Positions 1-11,749 of a DNA stretch of 64,000 bases are shown here, piece by piece; within the stretch, counting starts at the first letter, position 1, and every line of letters starts with the position of its first letter. The stretch covers positions 7,874,001 to 7,938,000 of the forward strand of contig CATNEN010000025.1 of assembly GCA_950097015.1 (NCBI GenBank), written 5' to 3'. The translations under genes were made by a program, and so were the position numbers. The notes under the pieces were generated by a model. That model had not been told where the DNA came from and did no database searches. It saw only the letters and a program-made list of their open reading frames with translations. This DNA comes from Macrostomum hystrix. Its lineage: Eukaryota; Animalia; Platyhelminthes.

Positions 1-296
1 TTATTAAACTAGTAAATCTAGCATACAGAATAGTATGTGGTGAAAGCTTAACACAATAATTCAGATAATCCAGAAGATGGAAGCCTTCAGTTTAGTTTAG
101 TCCAGTTTGGCAAAAGCCATGTCAGCAAAAAACCTCTTTGGTGAAACATTTATGTGCATAGACAAAAGCTTTGTATGCATATTGAATTATTAGTATATAA
201 CTACATATTGATCATGATCATATTATGTCAAAGCTTAACCAGACTGTACTCTGTACACAAGTTATTTGACTTTACAGAAGAATATATATGATAACC

Positions 297-996
297 AACA
301 TACATGCGCAACACCCGGCTGACCCGGCCAAACCGGCTGGGTGAAACAAGGGCCAAGCAAGGTAAGTCGCAAAAACCAATTGACCAAGTGCAAAAAAATC
401 AAAGGGGGGACCAAGGGACAAAAAAGGAAGGCGTGAAGAAAAAGAAAAAGGGGAGAGAAAAAGAGAGCAAATGAGAGCAAACTAAGTCATAAATAGAGCA
501 ATGAAACGAACTAAGTCTCAAATGAGAGCAAAAACTAAGTCGCACGGCCGGCTAAGATTTGGGAGGTTGCGCATGTATGATAACCAAACTCCAAAAACTT
601 ACTAACAAACATTTCTTGTTTAACTGCTGCAACTGATATAACATGCAACTGTATACAATGCTTGGGTGCTAACTTTGTTCTGATATCTATACCTATAATA
701 CATGCGCATTGCGCATATATGTCATACATGCGCAACACCCGGCCGAACTGGCCGGGTGAAACGAGGGCCAAGCAAGGTAAGTCGCAAAAACCAATCGACC
801 AAGTGCTAAAAAATCAAAGGAGGGACCAAGGGACAAAAAAGGAAGGCATGAAGAAAAGGAAAAAGGGGAGAGAAAAAGAGAGCAAATAAGAGCAAACTAA
901 GTCATAAATTAATCAATGAAATGAACTAAGTCTCAAATGAGAGAAAAAACTAAGTTGCATGGCCAGCTAAGATTTGGGAGGTTGTGCATGTATGCT
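297..996. repeat. Diverged ~280-bp direct duplication (297-580 and 721-996)
   Basis: Both copies share CATACATGCGCAACACCCGG...GGCCAAGCAAGGTAAGTCGCAAAAACCAAT...GCTAAGATTTGGGAGGTTG.GCATGTATG. Confidence 0.85.
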
Positions 997-1742
997 ATAT
1001 GTATTCTCTCCATTACTCCCTCTATTTGTTATTACCCGAGCTATTCCTACTCCTCTGTGTACATTGTATCTGATTATTATTTTAACCTTTTCATATTATG
1101 CGAAAAATCTGACCTGAGAAAGCTTTTGATGTTTGTAAAGTTTAAATTGACAACCCATCATTGGGCTATGATTGAGGCAAAAATCTGAACTTTTCCAGAT
1201 TGTTAGCACTGATTTAAAAATTGGCTGTTTAGTATCAGGTCAGACAATAGGCTTGAATACATTCTGGAATTTCCCTGGCATGCATGCCTTGATCCTGACT
1301 ATGGAGCTATATAAGAAAACCTAGGCTTTTCCATTATAGCTATGTATAATTTTGTTTAGATACAATAAACTTTTTGACCTGGCTTGAAATCATTTTTAAG
1401 TTATATTTATGTGCAGTTTTTTCACTAAAGTTTCAAAATTGGTGTGCATTTTTATGACTTTTTATTTGCACTAACAGAACTAGGAACTAAAAACAAAATT
1501 TTGAAAGTCTAAATTACATACTTATACTTCAATTCTGAATATTGAGTTCAGAGTAACTAAAAACTGAGACCACATTACAAAATTGGCCTACTAGTTAGCT
1601 AGTTAAATAGGCAAGCTAGATTTTGGTGCTAATTTTTTTCTAGCCACATTGCCTTGGCACTGATTTTGTCTTGGCACTTTCTCTTTGCCACAAAAACAAA
1701 TCAAGCACCAGTTGTAATATTCTCATTCATATTGCAGCCATT

Positions 1743-2571
1743 ATGCAGTTCTGTCCCAATAATACAGTTGGGCTAGCTCCATTTGTCAGCAGAGGCCTTG
1801 GCCGCTGCTTCTATGACACTGTTACCTCGTCTGCTATGCTGGGCCTAGCCCTACTAGCGGGCTCCTGTCAGCTATTATTCTATCGTCGCTATGGCAACCG
1901 CATCGAATCAAATCGCGTTAACCGATCCTGCTCAGCTGGTATGCAATATCTGGCCCCAGTTGCCATGGTGTTGCTATGCGCCGGCCGTTGCATCTGTCAG
2001 TGGCATTACATGCCGCCGCTTCACGGCTATCAGGTGTATTATGCCTGCGCCAATGCATCCGCGTGGCTAATCTGCCTGGCTCTGCTCTGGACCGAAGCTC
2101 ACTGCCTACTGCCCAGTGTACCAACTCGCGGCCACGGCGCCGTCCTGCTACTCATGTGGACTCAGGCCCTGGCCTGGGAGCTGCTCAGCCTGCTGTCCCT
2201 CCGCAGCGCCGACTGGTGGTTTCGCCTTCACCAGCCCGCCGACCAGCCCGAGCTGCTGATCTGGTCCGGCCGGCTCTTCTTCACCTTCCTAGCCTTCTAC
2301 CTGGGTCTGCGGGGTCGGGCCGCTGACATCCGCTACGTCCCTCCGCCGGATCAGGAGGATCGCACCGTGTTCCTAGGCCGTCAGCGGCGTCGGCAGAATC
2401 TGCAGCACCAGTCCGCCTGGTCCGGACTGCGCCACAAGCTGCGCCTCATGCTGCCCTATGTTTGGCCTAGCAGTTCGCCAGCATTGCAGCTTCGTGTGCT
2501 TGCCTGCGTCCTGCTGCTGGCTTGCGGCCGCGTCATCAACCTACTCATTCCGATCTACTCCAAGTACATAG
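1743..2571 (+). CDS. ABCB6: ABCB6/HMT-1-like half ABC transporter, exon 1 of 6 (TMD0 and start of core TMD)
   Basis: ATG at 1743 (MQFCPNNT...GLGRCFYDTV, like the ABCB6 N-terminal GLSPCFFFTL). Contains LRVLACVLLLACGRVINLLIPIYSKYI. Phase-1 donor G|GTAAGG at 2572. Six exons sum to 2604 nt (867 aa) with all phases compatible. Confidence 0.92.
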
Positions 2572-2627
2572 GTAAGGGGCCTAACATGTTTATTGAAGTA
2601 AAAATACTAGAGTTGCAGTAGGGCTGT

Positions 2628-2932
2628 AGGCACTGGCCCGTCCTTTGGTGACACTGGACCCGCAGCCAGCGAGGAGGCAATTCTGCCCATTTCGCTGACT
2701 CCTGAGCACACATGCACACAGATACCGTTACGCAAGCACACGCTCACACTGGTGTTGTCATCTGCCCTGACTTTCCCATTGTCAGGCAGTGTACACTAGG
2801 AGGTAGATTTCACGACAAGCCCCAAGCCTTCTCTCCGCGGCTGCGCCCCAAATGAATGTGGCCTCGCCGCGGAATCGAGCTCAGGGACTTCGGTGCGAGA
2901 GGCGAACGCGTTAACCGCTCTGCCAGTGACCC
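2628..2932 (-). mobile_element. tRNA-derived SINE, family A copy (ABCB6 intron 1)
   Basis: Minus strand shows A-box TGGCAGAGCGGTTAA, B-box-like GCTCGATTCC and a body shared with the copies at 34014 and 36392. Confidence 0.85.
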
Positions 2933-3260
2933 ACACAAATAGTCATATAATAATATTCTATATAGATGGATAAGCATCGGAATATCTAAGACAATGCGTA
3001 GCTACTCCTTCCTCATACGAGGTATTCTAAAAGCTCACTGATTATTATTTTACCACTGTACCACCACTCTGACTGAGAGATCGGGAATTCAGGATTCATT
3101 CTTGGATAAAAGCAATTGCTGCGGCTGTGCCACTGACTGTACATCTGGCCCTACTGGTCTATTTGGCATCTATTATTATACAGTGTTGCGTTTTGAAACC
3201 CAAAATTTACCTAGGCTCTACTATTAGTAGTCTGTATCAGACTTGCGCAATAAATTACAG

Positions 3261-3558
3261 TGGATTCGCTGACGCCTTCTACATCTGGTGGCGCGCCAGC
3301 CAATGGAAGCCGGCCTGCGCTGCAGTCCACACCGTTCTACGTGCTCCGACTAAAAGCGGTTGAGTCGCCAGTTCGCTCGTCGACAATGCTGGAATTCCGC
3401 TGGGATCTCATCTTGATTTTCGTCGGCTTGAAGACACTGCAGGGCATCGGCACTGGCAGCTCGGGCCTGATTGGTGTGGTGCGATTCTACCTGTGGATCC
3501 GCGTTGACCAGTTCACTATGCGGGAGGCGTCACTTAAACTGTTTAGCCATTTGCACCT
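3261..3558 (+). CDS. ABCB6: ABCB6-like, exon 2
   Basis: Acceptor TTACAG|TG at 3260/3261. Encodes VDSLTP...LKTLQGIGTGSSGLIGVVRFYLWIRVDQFTMREASLKLFSHLH. Donor CT|GTAAGT. Confidence 0.92.
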
Positions 3559-3600
3559 GTAAGTTAACTGATTTTTTTACTTAATTATTTGGTCTATTTC

Positions 3601-4012
3601 TAGTTGCAATCTTGCAGATCCTTCAGCTGCAGTTCTAGTTGTAATCTTGCAGATCCTTCAGCTGCAGTTCTAGTTGCAATCTTGCAGATCCTTCAGCTGC
3701 AGTTCTAGTTGCAATCTTGCAGATCCTTCAGCTGCAGTTCAAGTTGCAATCTTGCAGATCCTTCAGCTGCAGTTCAAGTTGCAATATTGCAGATCCTTCA
3801 GCTGCAGTTCAAGTTGCAATCTTGCAGATCCTTCAGCTGCAGTTCTAGTTGCAATCTTGCAGATCCTTCAGCTGCAGTTCTAGTTGCAATCTTGCAGATC
3901 CTTCAGCTGCAGTTCAAGTTGCAATATTGCAGATCCTTCAGCTGCATTTCTAGTTGCAATCTTGCAGATCCTTCAGCTGCAGTTCTTGCTTCAATCTTGC
4001 AGATCCGGCAGT
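3601..4012. repeat. 35-bp minisatellite (TAGTTGCAATCTTGCAGATCCTTCAGCTGCAGTTC)n
   Basis: Visible tandem units; lies in ABCB6 intron 2. Confidence 0.95.
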
Positions 4013-4107
4013 TTTAGTTCGAGTAACAGCTAGATGTTTTAGTTTTTAGGTTTCAGTCCTTTACAATGTCTATCGGTTTTTACTTCCATTTTCGCCGCAA
4101 CCCTCAG

Positions 4108-4495
4108 GCTATCGCTGCGATGGCACCTGTCCAAGAAGACGGGGGAAGTATTGCGCATTGTTGACCGCGGCGTGAACTCCATCAACCAGCTGCTTAGCTA
4201 CATCTTATTTAATATTGCCCCAACCATCTTCGACATTGGCATCGGTATTGTCTACCTGACTAGCTGGTTCAATGCCTGGTTTGGTATCATGGTGTTCGCC
4301 ACAATGGCCCTATTCATGTACCTGTCAGTGGTGATCACAGAGTGGCGGACCAAATTCAAGAGGCGCATGAACGCCCTGGACAATGAGCGTAACGCGCGCG
4401 CTGTTGACTCACTGCTCAACTTTGAGACGGTCAAATACTACGCTGCCGAGTCCTACGAGGCCGAGCGATTTCGCAAGGCAACGGTCGACTTTCAG
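4108..4495 (+). CDS. ABCB6: ABCB6-like, exon 3
   Basis: Acceptor CTCAG|G. Encodes [21 protein letters not shown]...[14 protein letters not shown]. Donor CAG|GTACAA. Confidence 0.95.
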
Positions 4496-4496
4496 G

Positions 4497-5320
4497 TACA
4501 AATACCACCATTGCCGATCACTCAAATACCTCCATTGCCAATCATTCAATGCCACCATTGCCGATCACTCAAATACCTCCATTGCCGATCATTCAATGCC
4601 ACCATTGCCAATCATTCAATACCTCCATTGCCAATCATTCAATACCACCATTGCCAATCATTCAATGCCACCATTGCCAATCATTCAATACCTCCATTGC
4701 CAATCATTCAATACCTCCATTGCCAATCATTCAATACCTCCATTGCCAATCATTCAATACCTCCATTGCCAATCATTCAATACCTCCATTGCCAATCATT
4801 CAATGCCACCATTGCCGATCATTCAATGCCACCATTGCCAATCATTCAATACCTCCATTGCCAATCATTCAATACCTCCATTGCCAATCATTCAATACCT
4901 CCATTGCCAATCATTCAATGCCACCATTGCCAATCATTCAATGCCACCATTGCCAATCATTCAATGCCACCATTGCCAATCATTCAATACCTCCATTGCC
5001 AATCATTCAATACCTCCATTGCCAATCATTCAATGCCACCATTGCCAATCATTCAATGCCACCATTGCTAATCATTCAATACCTCCATTGCCAATCATTC
5101 AATACCACCATTGCCAATCATTCAATACCTCCATTGCCAATCATTCAATGCCTCCATTGCCAATCATTCAATACCACCATTGCCAATCATTCAATACCGC
5201 CATTGCCAATCATTCAATACCTCCATTGCCAATCATTCAATACCTCCATTGCAATCATTCAATACCTCCATTGCCAATCATTCAATACCTCCATTCCCAT
5301 TGCCAGTCCTTCAAATACCA
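4497..5320. repeat. 23-bp minisatellite (CAATCATTCAATACCTCCATTGC)n
   Basis: Tandem units begin at the exon-3 donor; they produce stop-free spurious ORFs in all three + frames. Confidence 0.95.
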
Positions 5321-5329
5321 TCAACCGGT

Positions 5330-5520
5330 CTACCATCAGCCTAGTGGTTAATACCTCGGACTCACGACTTTAAGGTCGGGTGTTCGATTCCCGACTCTAG
5401 TGAAATAATTTGTGTCGTTTAGCAAGGCACTTAACTCTGCATTGCTTCAGTTCACCCAGCTGTTAGATGGATACTAGCATTAGCTCGGGAATTTGAGGTT
5501 GGGTGGGGCGTCCCCACCAG
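5330..5520 (+). mobile_element. tRNA-derived SINE, family B (CORE-like central domain)
   Basis: A-box AGCCTAGTGGTTA and B-box GTTCGATTCC (5382-5391), then TGTGTCGTTTAGCAAGGCACTTAAC...CAGTTCACCCAGCTGT, which resembles the CORE-SINE domain by eye. Confidence 0.65.
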
Positions 5521-5647
5521 TCCATGGACTGAACAGCTGTACGCAGCCTTCAGTTAGCTGCGGCTGTGTTGTCGACTGCACATCTGTCCAAAATTGGGAC
5601 ATGTATAATTTATTATGATTATTATCACACCAATCCTTCCTCCTTAG

Positions 5648-5986
5648 GAAGCGGACTACATGAACAGCCAGACGCTTAACCTATTGAACAGTGTGCAGAA
5701 TTTCATCATCAATGCGGGCTTCACTGGTGGAGCTCTATTGTGCGCCTTCTACATTGTCCAGCGGGCCAATGGCGATACCGACGCTCCGCCACTCACAGTT
5801 GGCGACTATGTCCTATTCAGCACGTACATTTTGCAGCTGTACGTGCCACTAAATTGGTTCGCTACTTATTATCGAATGATTCAGCAGCAGTTCATTGACA
5901 TGGAGAACATGTTTGAACTGCTGGACACCAAGCCTGAGGTGGCCGATGATCCCAATGCCGAGGAGCTGGACCTCACCGAGGCTAGG
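5648..5986 (+). CDS. ABCB6: ABCB6-like, exon 4
   Basis: Acceptor CTTAG|GAA. Encodes LTVGDYVLFSTYILQLYVPLNWFATYYRMIQQQFIDMENMFELL. Donor AGG|GTGAGT. Confidence 0.95.
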
Positions 5987-6016
5987 GTGAGTGTTCAACC
6001 AGTGTGGGTCAATCAG

Positions 6017-6235
6017 AGTGGCATAGTGGTCTAACGTGTTTGCTCTCTCGCACCAAGGTCCCTGAGCTCGATTCCGCGGCGGAGCCACTTTCATTTGGGC
6101 CGCAGCAGCGGAGAGAAGGCTTGGGGGCTTGTCGTGCAATTTACTCCATTGAGGGTCAACCTCCAAGGCACAGTGAGAGTGTACACTGCCTGACGATGAG
6201 AAAGTCAGGGCAGATGACAACACCTGTGTGAGCGT
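6017..6235 (+). mobile_element. tRNA-derived SINE family A, 3'-truncated
   Basis: AGTGGCATAGTGGTCTAA...GAGCTCGATTCC...CTGACGATGAGAAAGTCAGGGCAG; the match ends at GTGTGAGCGT (6235). Confidence 0.85.
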
Positions 6236-6701
6236 GAGCGAACCGCCGCGGTCGTGTCGCAGGCTCAAATGTTTTAGGTGTAAATTCTATATGTTCATTA
6301 CTAAATGCATCATATACTACTTAAATGAGATGTGACTTCTTATTCACAAGTTGACATGCAGACCTTATCAATACATATTTTGCTATTTTCTCTTTCGCTT
6401 TTTGGGTGATTCTTTGGGTGATTCCTCGGCGGTTTCTGAGCATGGAATCTCACGAACTGGAGGGCGAGGATTCTTTGGGTGATTCCTCGGCGGTTTCTGC
6501 GCACGGAATCTTCCAAACCGGAGGCTTCTTTGGGTGATTCCTCGGCGGTTTCTGCGCACGGAATCTTCCAAACCGGAGGCTTCTTTGGATGATTCCTCGG
6601 CGGTTTCTGAGCATGGAATCTCACGAACTGGAGGATTCTTTAGGTGATTCCTCGGCGGTTTCTAAACATGGAATCTCCCTGAGGATTCCCTCCAGTTCGG
6701 G
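6236..6701 (+). mobile_element. CMC (CACTA/EnSpm-like) transposon terminal segment ending in CGGG, with subterminal repeats
   Basis: Repeats GATTCCTCGGCGGTTTCTG..C..GGAATC at 6420-6690 and terminus CCAGTTCGGG at 6701. Shares motifs with the 11750-11970 terminus. Confidence 0.6.
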
Positions 6702-6789
6702 TCTCACGTCACAATTAAGACATTGATCGTGGCATCTGGCCCAGACCGAAAGAAATCAATCAACTAATATTTTAAAGAAGAGTAGCAGA

Positions 6790-9218
6790 ATTCACAGACA
6801 GTTACGCAAAAATGGTCTTTGAAAGAAAGAAACGATTAGGAGTCGCAGTAGTTCCGGCCGATTGGTGGGCAGTGTGACTTCGTCGGCACCTTCTACAGCA
6901 GCCTCGACGCTGCCGGAGACAGAAGTCGGCATCCTCCCTTCTGATACAGCACGTCGCCTGTGCCAGAAATTCCGTTTCTAATCGTCACCGTCATCGGTTC
7001 ACTGCCGCTCAGGACAGCATTGGCGGCATTTAATGCGTCAGTGAACTCCGAAAGCGGCTGAGCCACAGAGCACAGAGCGGAGCGAGGTTCATTAAGCCGC
7101 TTTTCGGAGCTCTGAAGATGCGCACGGAGGCTTTCATTTTCGGCCTGCAGCTCCTGGACCTGCAAATCGTAGGCCATTGCACGGTCTTCGTGTGCAGCAA
7201 CAGACGCCTCGCATTCCATGCGGAGTCGCACCTCTTGAAGGAGCTCAACACCTAGCAGACAACTGCGACTAAAGATAATGACTTTGTGACCACGCATAAA
7301 GGGATTTTTAACAGCAGGAAGTTCACTTACAACAACACATTGGTTTTCAAGCAGACTTCGCCTCATGCCGGTGCATCCGTCGCATACCGACTGCACTTCG
7401 ATGTCACCGTAGTCAACGATGGCACAAAGCCGCACCGAGTCCTGAGCAGCCTTTTCGCTGACAAACGGCCCTTTCAGTAGGATTCCGGAGTACAGGGTGC
7501 TTCCGGAGCCCGAAGCGCGCACCTCGACCATTGTGCCCTTGACAAGATGGTCCCCGGATCTCAACCCGTACGCGAACTTGATCTGGCTCTCAGCAGCCAC
7601 TCCTGTTTTAGATGAGGGGTACTGTACCCCCACCAGTACGGATTGCCGCCTGGTTGCGGCACGTAGGGCTGCCGGACTTCGTCGTACCCATCGAGCGGCG
7701 ACCTAGCGGCACCTGACTTGGGCCTAGTAGGTGCGTCGTATCCTGCGGAGACGGCTGCAGCACCGCCGCCAGCAACAGCAGCACCGGTAGCGGAAGCACC
7801 GGAAATGCAAGCATGGGCAGTAGAAGCACCGGAAGTGCAAGCATGGGCAGTAGAAGCACCGGAAGTGCAAGCACGGGCAGTAGAAGCACCGGAAGTGCAA
7901 GCACGGGCAGTAGAAGCACCGGAAGTGGAAACACCGGTAGCAGCCGCCGCAGTGCCAGCAGCGGTGAGATGCAGCTTGCCACTAGACGCCGAGCTTCTGG
8001 GGATGCAAGCGTCAATAAAATCTAAGTCATCCCCGCTGCCAGGCGAATCGATCTTCCGCGAAGCAGGCTTTTTTTTTGTGGCGGCGGCAGACTTCGAAGT
8101 AGTTTTATTTTTTAGGTCCGTAGTAACTTTCTTCTTCGGCTCGCGAAGGTTGCGTTTTGGCGGCGAGGACGCACTGGGACTTGAAGCAGCTGGCCGCTTT
8201 TCATTTTTTTGCTTATGGCGTCAAATGGCTGAAATGGAATGGTATAGACTGGCATAATTCAGTCGGAGGAAAAACATGGAACTGAGGCGATGAAAGTAAG
8301 TGGTGTCTAAAGAAATGAAAAACTCAATACTGATATTAACAAACGTCTTAACAGGTGCTAGATCAAAGAGCACAGTAGTAGGGCTTAATGTCTATGTATA
8401 TATTGCTTATTTTTCTACCCAATTGACAACAGTTAGTGGCCGAGCTGAAATTTCATAATGCAGGTGTCATTTGTCAGCTTTCGGGTCAGCATTAGGCTGA
8501 CGGTCCTTCGACGGACCGGCCGAGGCTCCTTTTAGAGGCCGTATTCGTCGATTTCCAACTTTCATATCCGACAACAGCGCTTCTGGTGGAGTGTCAGGCA
8601 TCTCGATCCGCCAGAAGTTGGGGTCATGCTTCATTCTTGGCTGGTTGCACCTGTGCCGACCATGCTGCTGCAGCCTCCATCGCCTTGACTCCGGAGACAA
8701 GTCCGCAAACTAGGCTTCGCAGCCGGGTAGCACTGCGGAGCAAGCTCCTGGCGGTCAGCACGTCGACGGACTGTCGGGATGTAAGCGTACGATGGCTCTT
8801 GTTTCTCGGGGAGACGGTTGAAGTCAGCCCTCATGGGGGCTGAACGGGAACTTTCCAGCTGGGTCGACTGAGCAGCCCCAGAAAAGCCTGCTTTAGAGCA
8901 GGCGGAAGGCGGCGATGGCGACCATCTTTGGCTGTCGGCCAGCAGCTCCTCGGGTCCCTGTGTTTCTGAACCGACATCGGGGTCAGGTTCGTAATCGTGC
9001 TCGTCCTCGTCCCAGGCCAGGCCCGCGAACAGGGATGGCGACTCTGGGTGGACCTGTTTGCCGCGGCTGGCCAGCAGCTCCTCGGGTCCGGGTGTTTCTG
9101 AACCGACATCGGGGTCAGGTTCGTAATCGTGCTCGTCCTCGTCCCAGGCCAGGCCTACGAACAGGGACGTCGGGACGAGTTCGTCGAGTAGGCGGGACCG
9201 ATCGGAAGCCTCATCCAT
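6790..9218 (-). pseudogene. Putative second (accessory, TnpA-position) ORF of the CMC element, fragmented
   Basis: Minus-strand GC-rich ORF pieces: duplicated acidic LAWDEDEHDYEPDPDVGSET block, a Lys-rich segment, 30-bp TSGASTARAC repeats and a coiled-coil-like YDLQVQELQAENESLRAHLQSSEKRL. Located downstream of the transposase. No family recognised. Confidence 0.5.
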
Positions 9219-9644
9219 TTGCAGCGTAGGTTGCGTAGTGCGCTCTGAAATGGTTTGTGTAATTGTAACAGACGTGTAAGTGAAAGGAACATGTCAGGAT
9301 AATGTATGTATACATAGGACTCCTATAGGACTACTACTGCCATGCGTTACTCCATTTTTTCTGACTATGTAGGACGATTAAATTACGACAAACGACTGAA
9401 GCTACTGCACTGCATATAAAAAACATCTAAGGTAACCGACAAAGATTCACTGGTTTGCTGTTTCGAATTTATTGCATAATTTACAGATGCATTGTTATGC
9501 AGTGGTACGGTAAAACAATGAGGGGAATTATTACAATTATTACGAAAAGTAATGCAACGTAAGCTAGCACAGGACGCATTCTGCACACGTCGATTTCCCT
9601 GAAGTGAAGTACTCGTATGTCCGAAACCAGTTAACTGATCGAAG

Positions 9645-11590
9645 TCAAGACGAAACAGTCTGCGCGTGGGGAAGCATAGCTACGGACTGCTCAGTTACAG
9701 CGCAGCACGCCACAATCTGCTCAATAGGTGTCTCGCTTGTTGTAGCCAAGTTCCCAAACGGGGAGCACGTTAGGCGCCGTACATGACTGAGCCGGCATCC
9801 GCGATTATCGGAGTCTGGCAAAACGCCTGCAATTGCCCTCAAGCTGTCGATCTCGGGTTCCTGAACTTCCAAGTCTCGGAGTGTCAAAGTTACGCGTTCT
9901 TCTCCTTCTACTAAGCTAATAGCATCGACTCTGGCAAATCGAAAGTTCGTAGGCGAGTTTCCGACCAAGCCGACGAAGCATGACTGCACAGACTTCCTGG
10001 AATTGCAGGGGCGAAACACGTCAATTCGCAGCCCGCATTGGCGACTGGCAGAAAACCAAATGGCGACGTCAGGCTCGCGTCGACCTCGAAGAGTGACATT
10101 CCCGACAACGCGGAGCAGCACGCGTCGCTTTTTTTCCGCAACACAGGGATGCGGGTCGCCGTTCAGTCTTGCCTGCATCAAAGAAATGCGCGTTTCTACG
10201 ACTTGCACCACTTCAATGTCTATGCTGCGAGATCCGCGAAGTTGATCGCCGACATGTCGATGGAGTCCCTCAAAAAGCACCGCCGACTGCCGATGAATAG
10301 GTCCACCAATGTACGCATGCGCGACTATGTGGCTACCGACATGGTGGGCGTTGTAGGTTAAGGCATTGATAGAGTATAGTGCCTGTAGCATGCAGTGGAA
10401 ATGGCACAGAGTACGATTCACTGCCGGCAATTCGGACAGTGGGGTCCGTTCGAACGTGAGCCAAAATGCGGCGCTGGACAGGAGAATAAAATGGTGCCAT
10501 AGTCGGCAGGCAGGAAGTTTTCCAAGGCCATTGGGCCGTAAATGAGTAGCCACATTTCGAACTCATGGCCTCTGAAATTCTTCAGCTCCTTCAGCGACCT
10601 CAGTGGCCTTCGTTGGACGCATGCGGAACGCAAATTGTTGCTAAAGCCGCCTTGAATGCAGGTCAGGATTGCTTCCTGCCGGGTCCGGCTTCTCGCGCCT
10701 TACGCTGAACAACTGTAGCATAACCAAGCGGAACAGGCCGCTGAGAAGCTGATGGAGATAGCATGGAGGTGTGCACCTGATGTCTAGCCCATGGAGATGC
10801 GATAGAGGCGAAGGACCTTTAACGCCCAACGTGTCGGATGTCCGCTGAAACGCGACGGCTGGTCCAAAATTTGTGACGCGGCGCTCTGCAAGCATCGCAG
10901 TGTCAGCATTTGTCGCTTCGCGTTGAATCGTTTTAACCCCAGCGCGTCTGCACGTGCTGCAGCGTCGAACATGGCAAGCAATGGGTGAAATCGCATAAGG
11001 CGTGGCTGCCCATCAGAATTACAGTACGTAACACTGGGATTAAGCAGCTTGTTCAGCTCACGCACGACGACGGGCGGAAAGGCTAATGACTGCAACTTGC
11101 GCCGCCCAGCCCACACCGCGCACAGGACAGCGTCCTGCTTTCTGAGGTCTGGCACCTCATTTACGCTTATGTAAACCGGGCAAACCTCCACATGTGCCGT
11201 GCTGAACAGAGGGAACCCGTCTGGGCACAGTGTATGAAAGGTCGCAGCGCTGATCGGATGCAGTGCTCCCAACAAACTCGCGGTAAAGAATGCTGTTTAG
11301 TAAGGTCAAACAGTCCTGCCTAGTCATAGCCACTTGATCAGCAGAGAAGATAAGGGACTTATAGAAATCGGCGGACTCCAACTTGCAACGCAAGATCGCC
11401 TGGGTATCGAATGCCCAGAGGCATCCGACATCGTCGGAATTACACGACGAGCACGTAGCACCTGGTCCTTGAACTCGACCTAGCGAACTGGAACCGCAAG
11501 CGTTGCAGACGCAGTGGCACACTGACGTTCCTGAGAAGGCGTCATCGTCTTGAGCAGCTTGTTCAATTTCTGGTGCGTTTTGGGCAGCCT
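9645..11590 (-). pseudogene. CMC/CACTA (EnSpm-like) DDE transposase, frameshifted
   Basis: Motifs in shifting frames: CHCVCNAC, DGFPLF...VCPVYISVNEVP, VLCAVWAG, MFDAAARA, GVKGPSPL, YLHQLLSG, RSLKELKNFRGHEFEMWLLIYG, LTYNAHH, GGPIHRQSAVLFEG. This is the typical animal CACTA transposase motif order. Confidence 0.8.
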
Positions 11591-11749
11591 ACAAGTTGGC
11601 TCAAACTCCAAATTGATATTAAGGTTTATTTACTGCACACGATAATCAACGCGCAAATAAGCAAGCAAAAGCAATAGTTTACAGACTCGTCGCACACAAA
11701 GACATAAGCTTAGTCCAGTCAAGTAATATGAACGTAATATAAAACTGCC

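Noticed and set aside
1671-1742. Upstream TTG start for ABCB6 proposed by the ORF track
   Set aside because: Homology begins at the ATG at 1743; the upstream sequence is AT-rich and ends in an acceptor-like TTGCAG.
4383-5373. Long His/Cys/Pro-rich ORFs in three frames
   Set aside because: They are translations of a stop-free 23-bp intronic minisatellite. The same applies to the ORFs over 15458-16400, 18210-20920, 23768-25781, 27959-29709, 46417-48382, 53538-54186 and 58494-62627.
6400-6700. Repeat-spacer appearance suggesting a CRISPR array
   Set aside because: Eukaryotic intron, no cas genes, and the intervening sequences are themselves repeated; these are transposon subterminal repeats.
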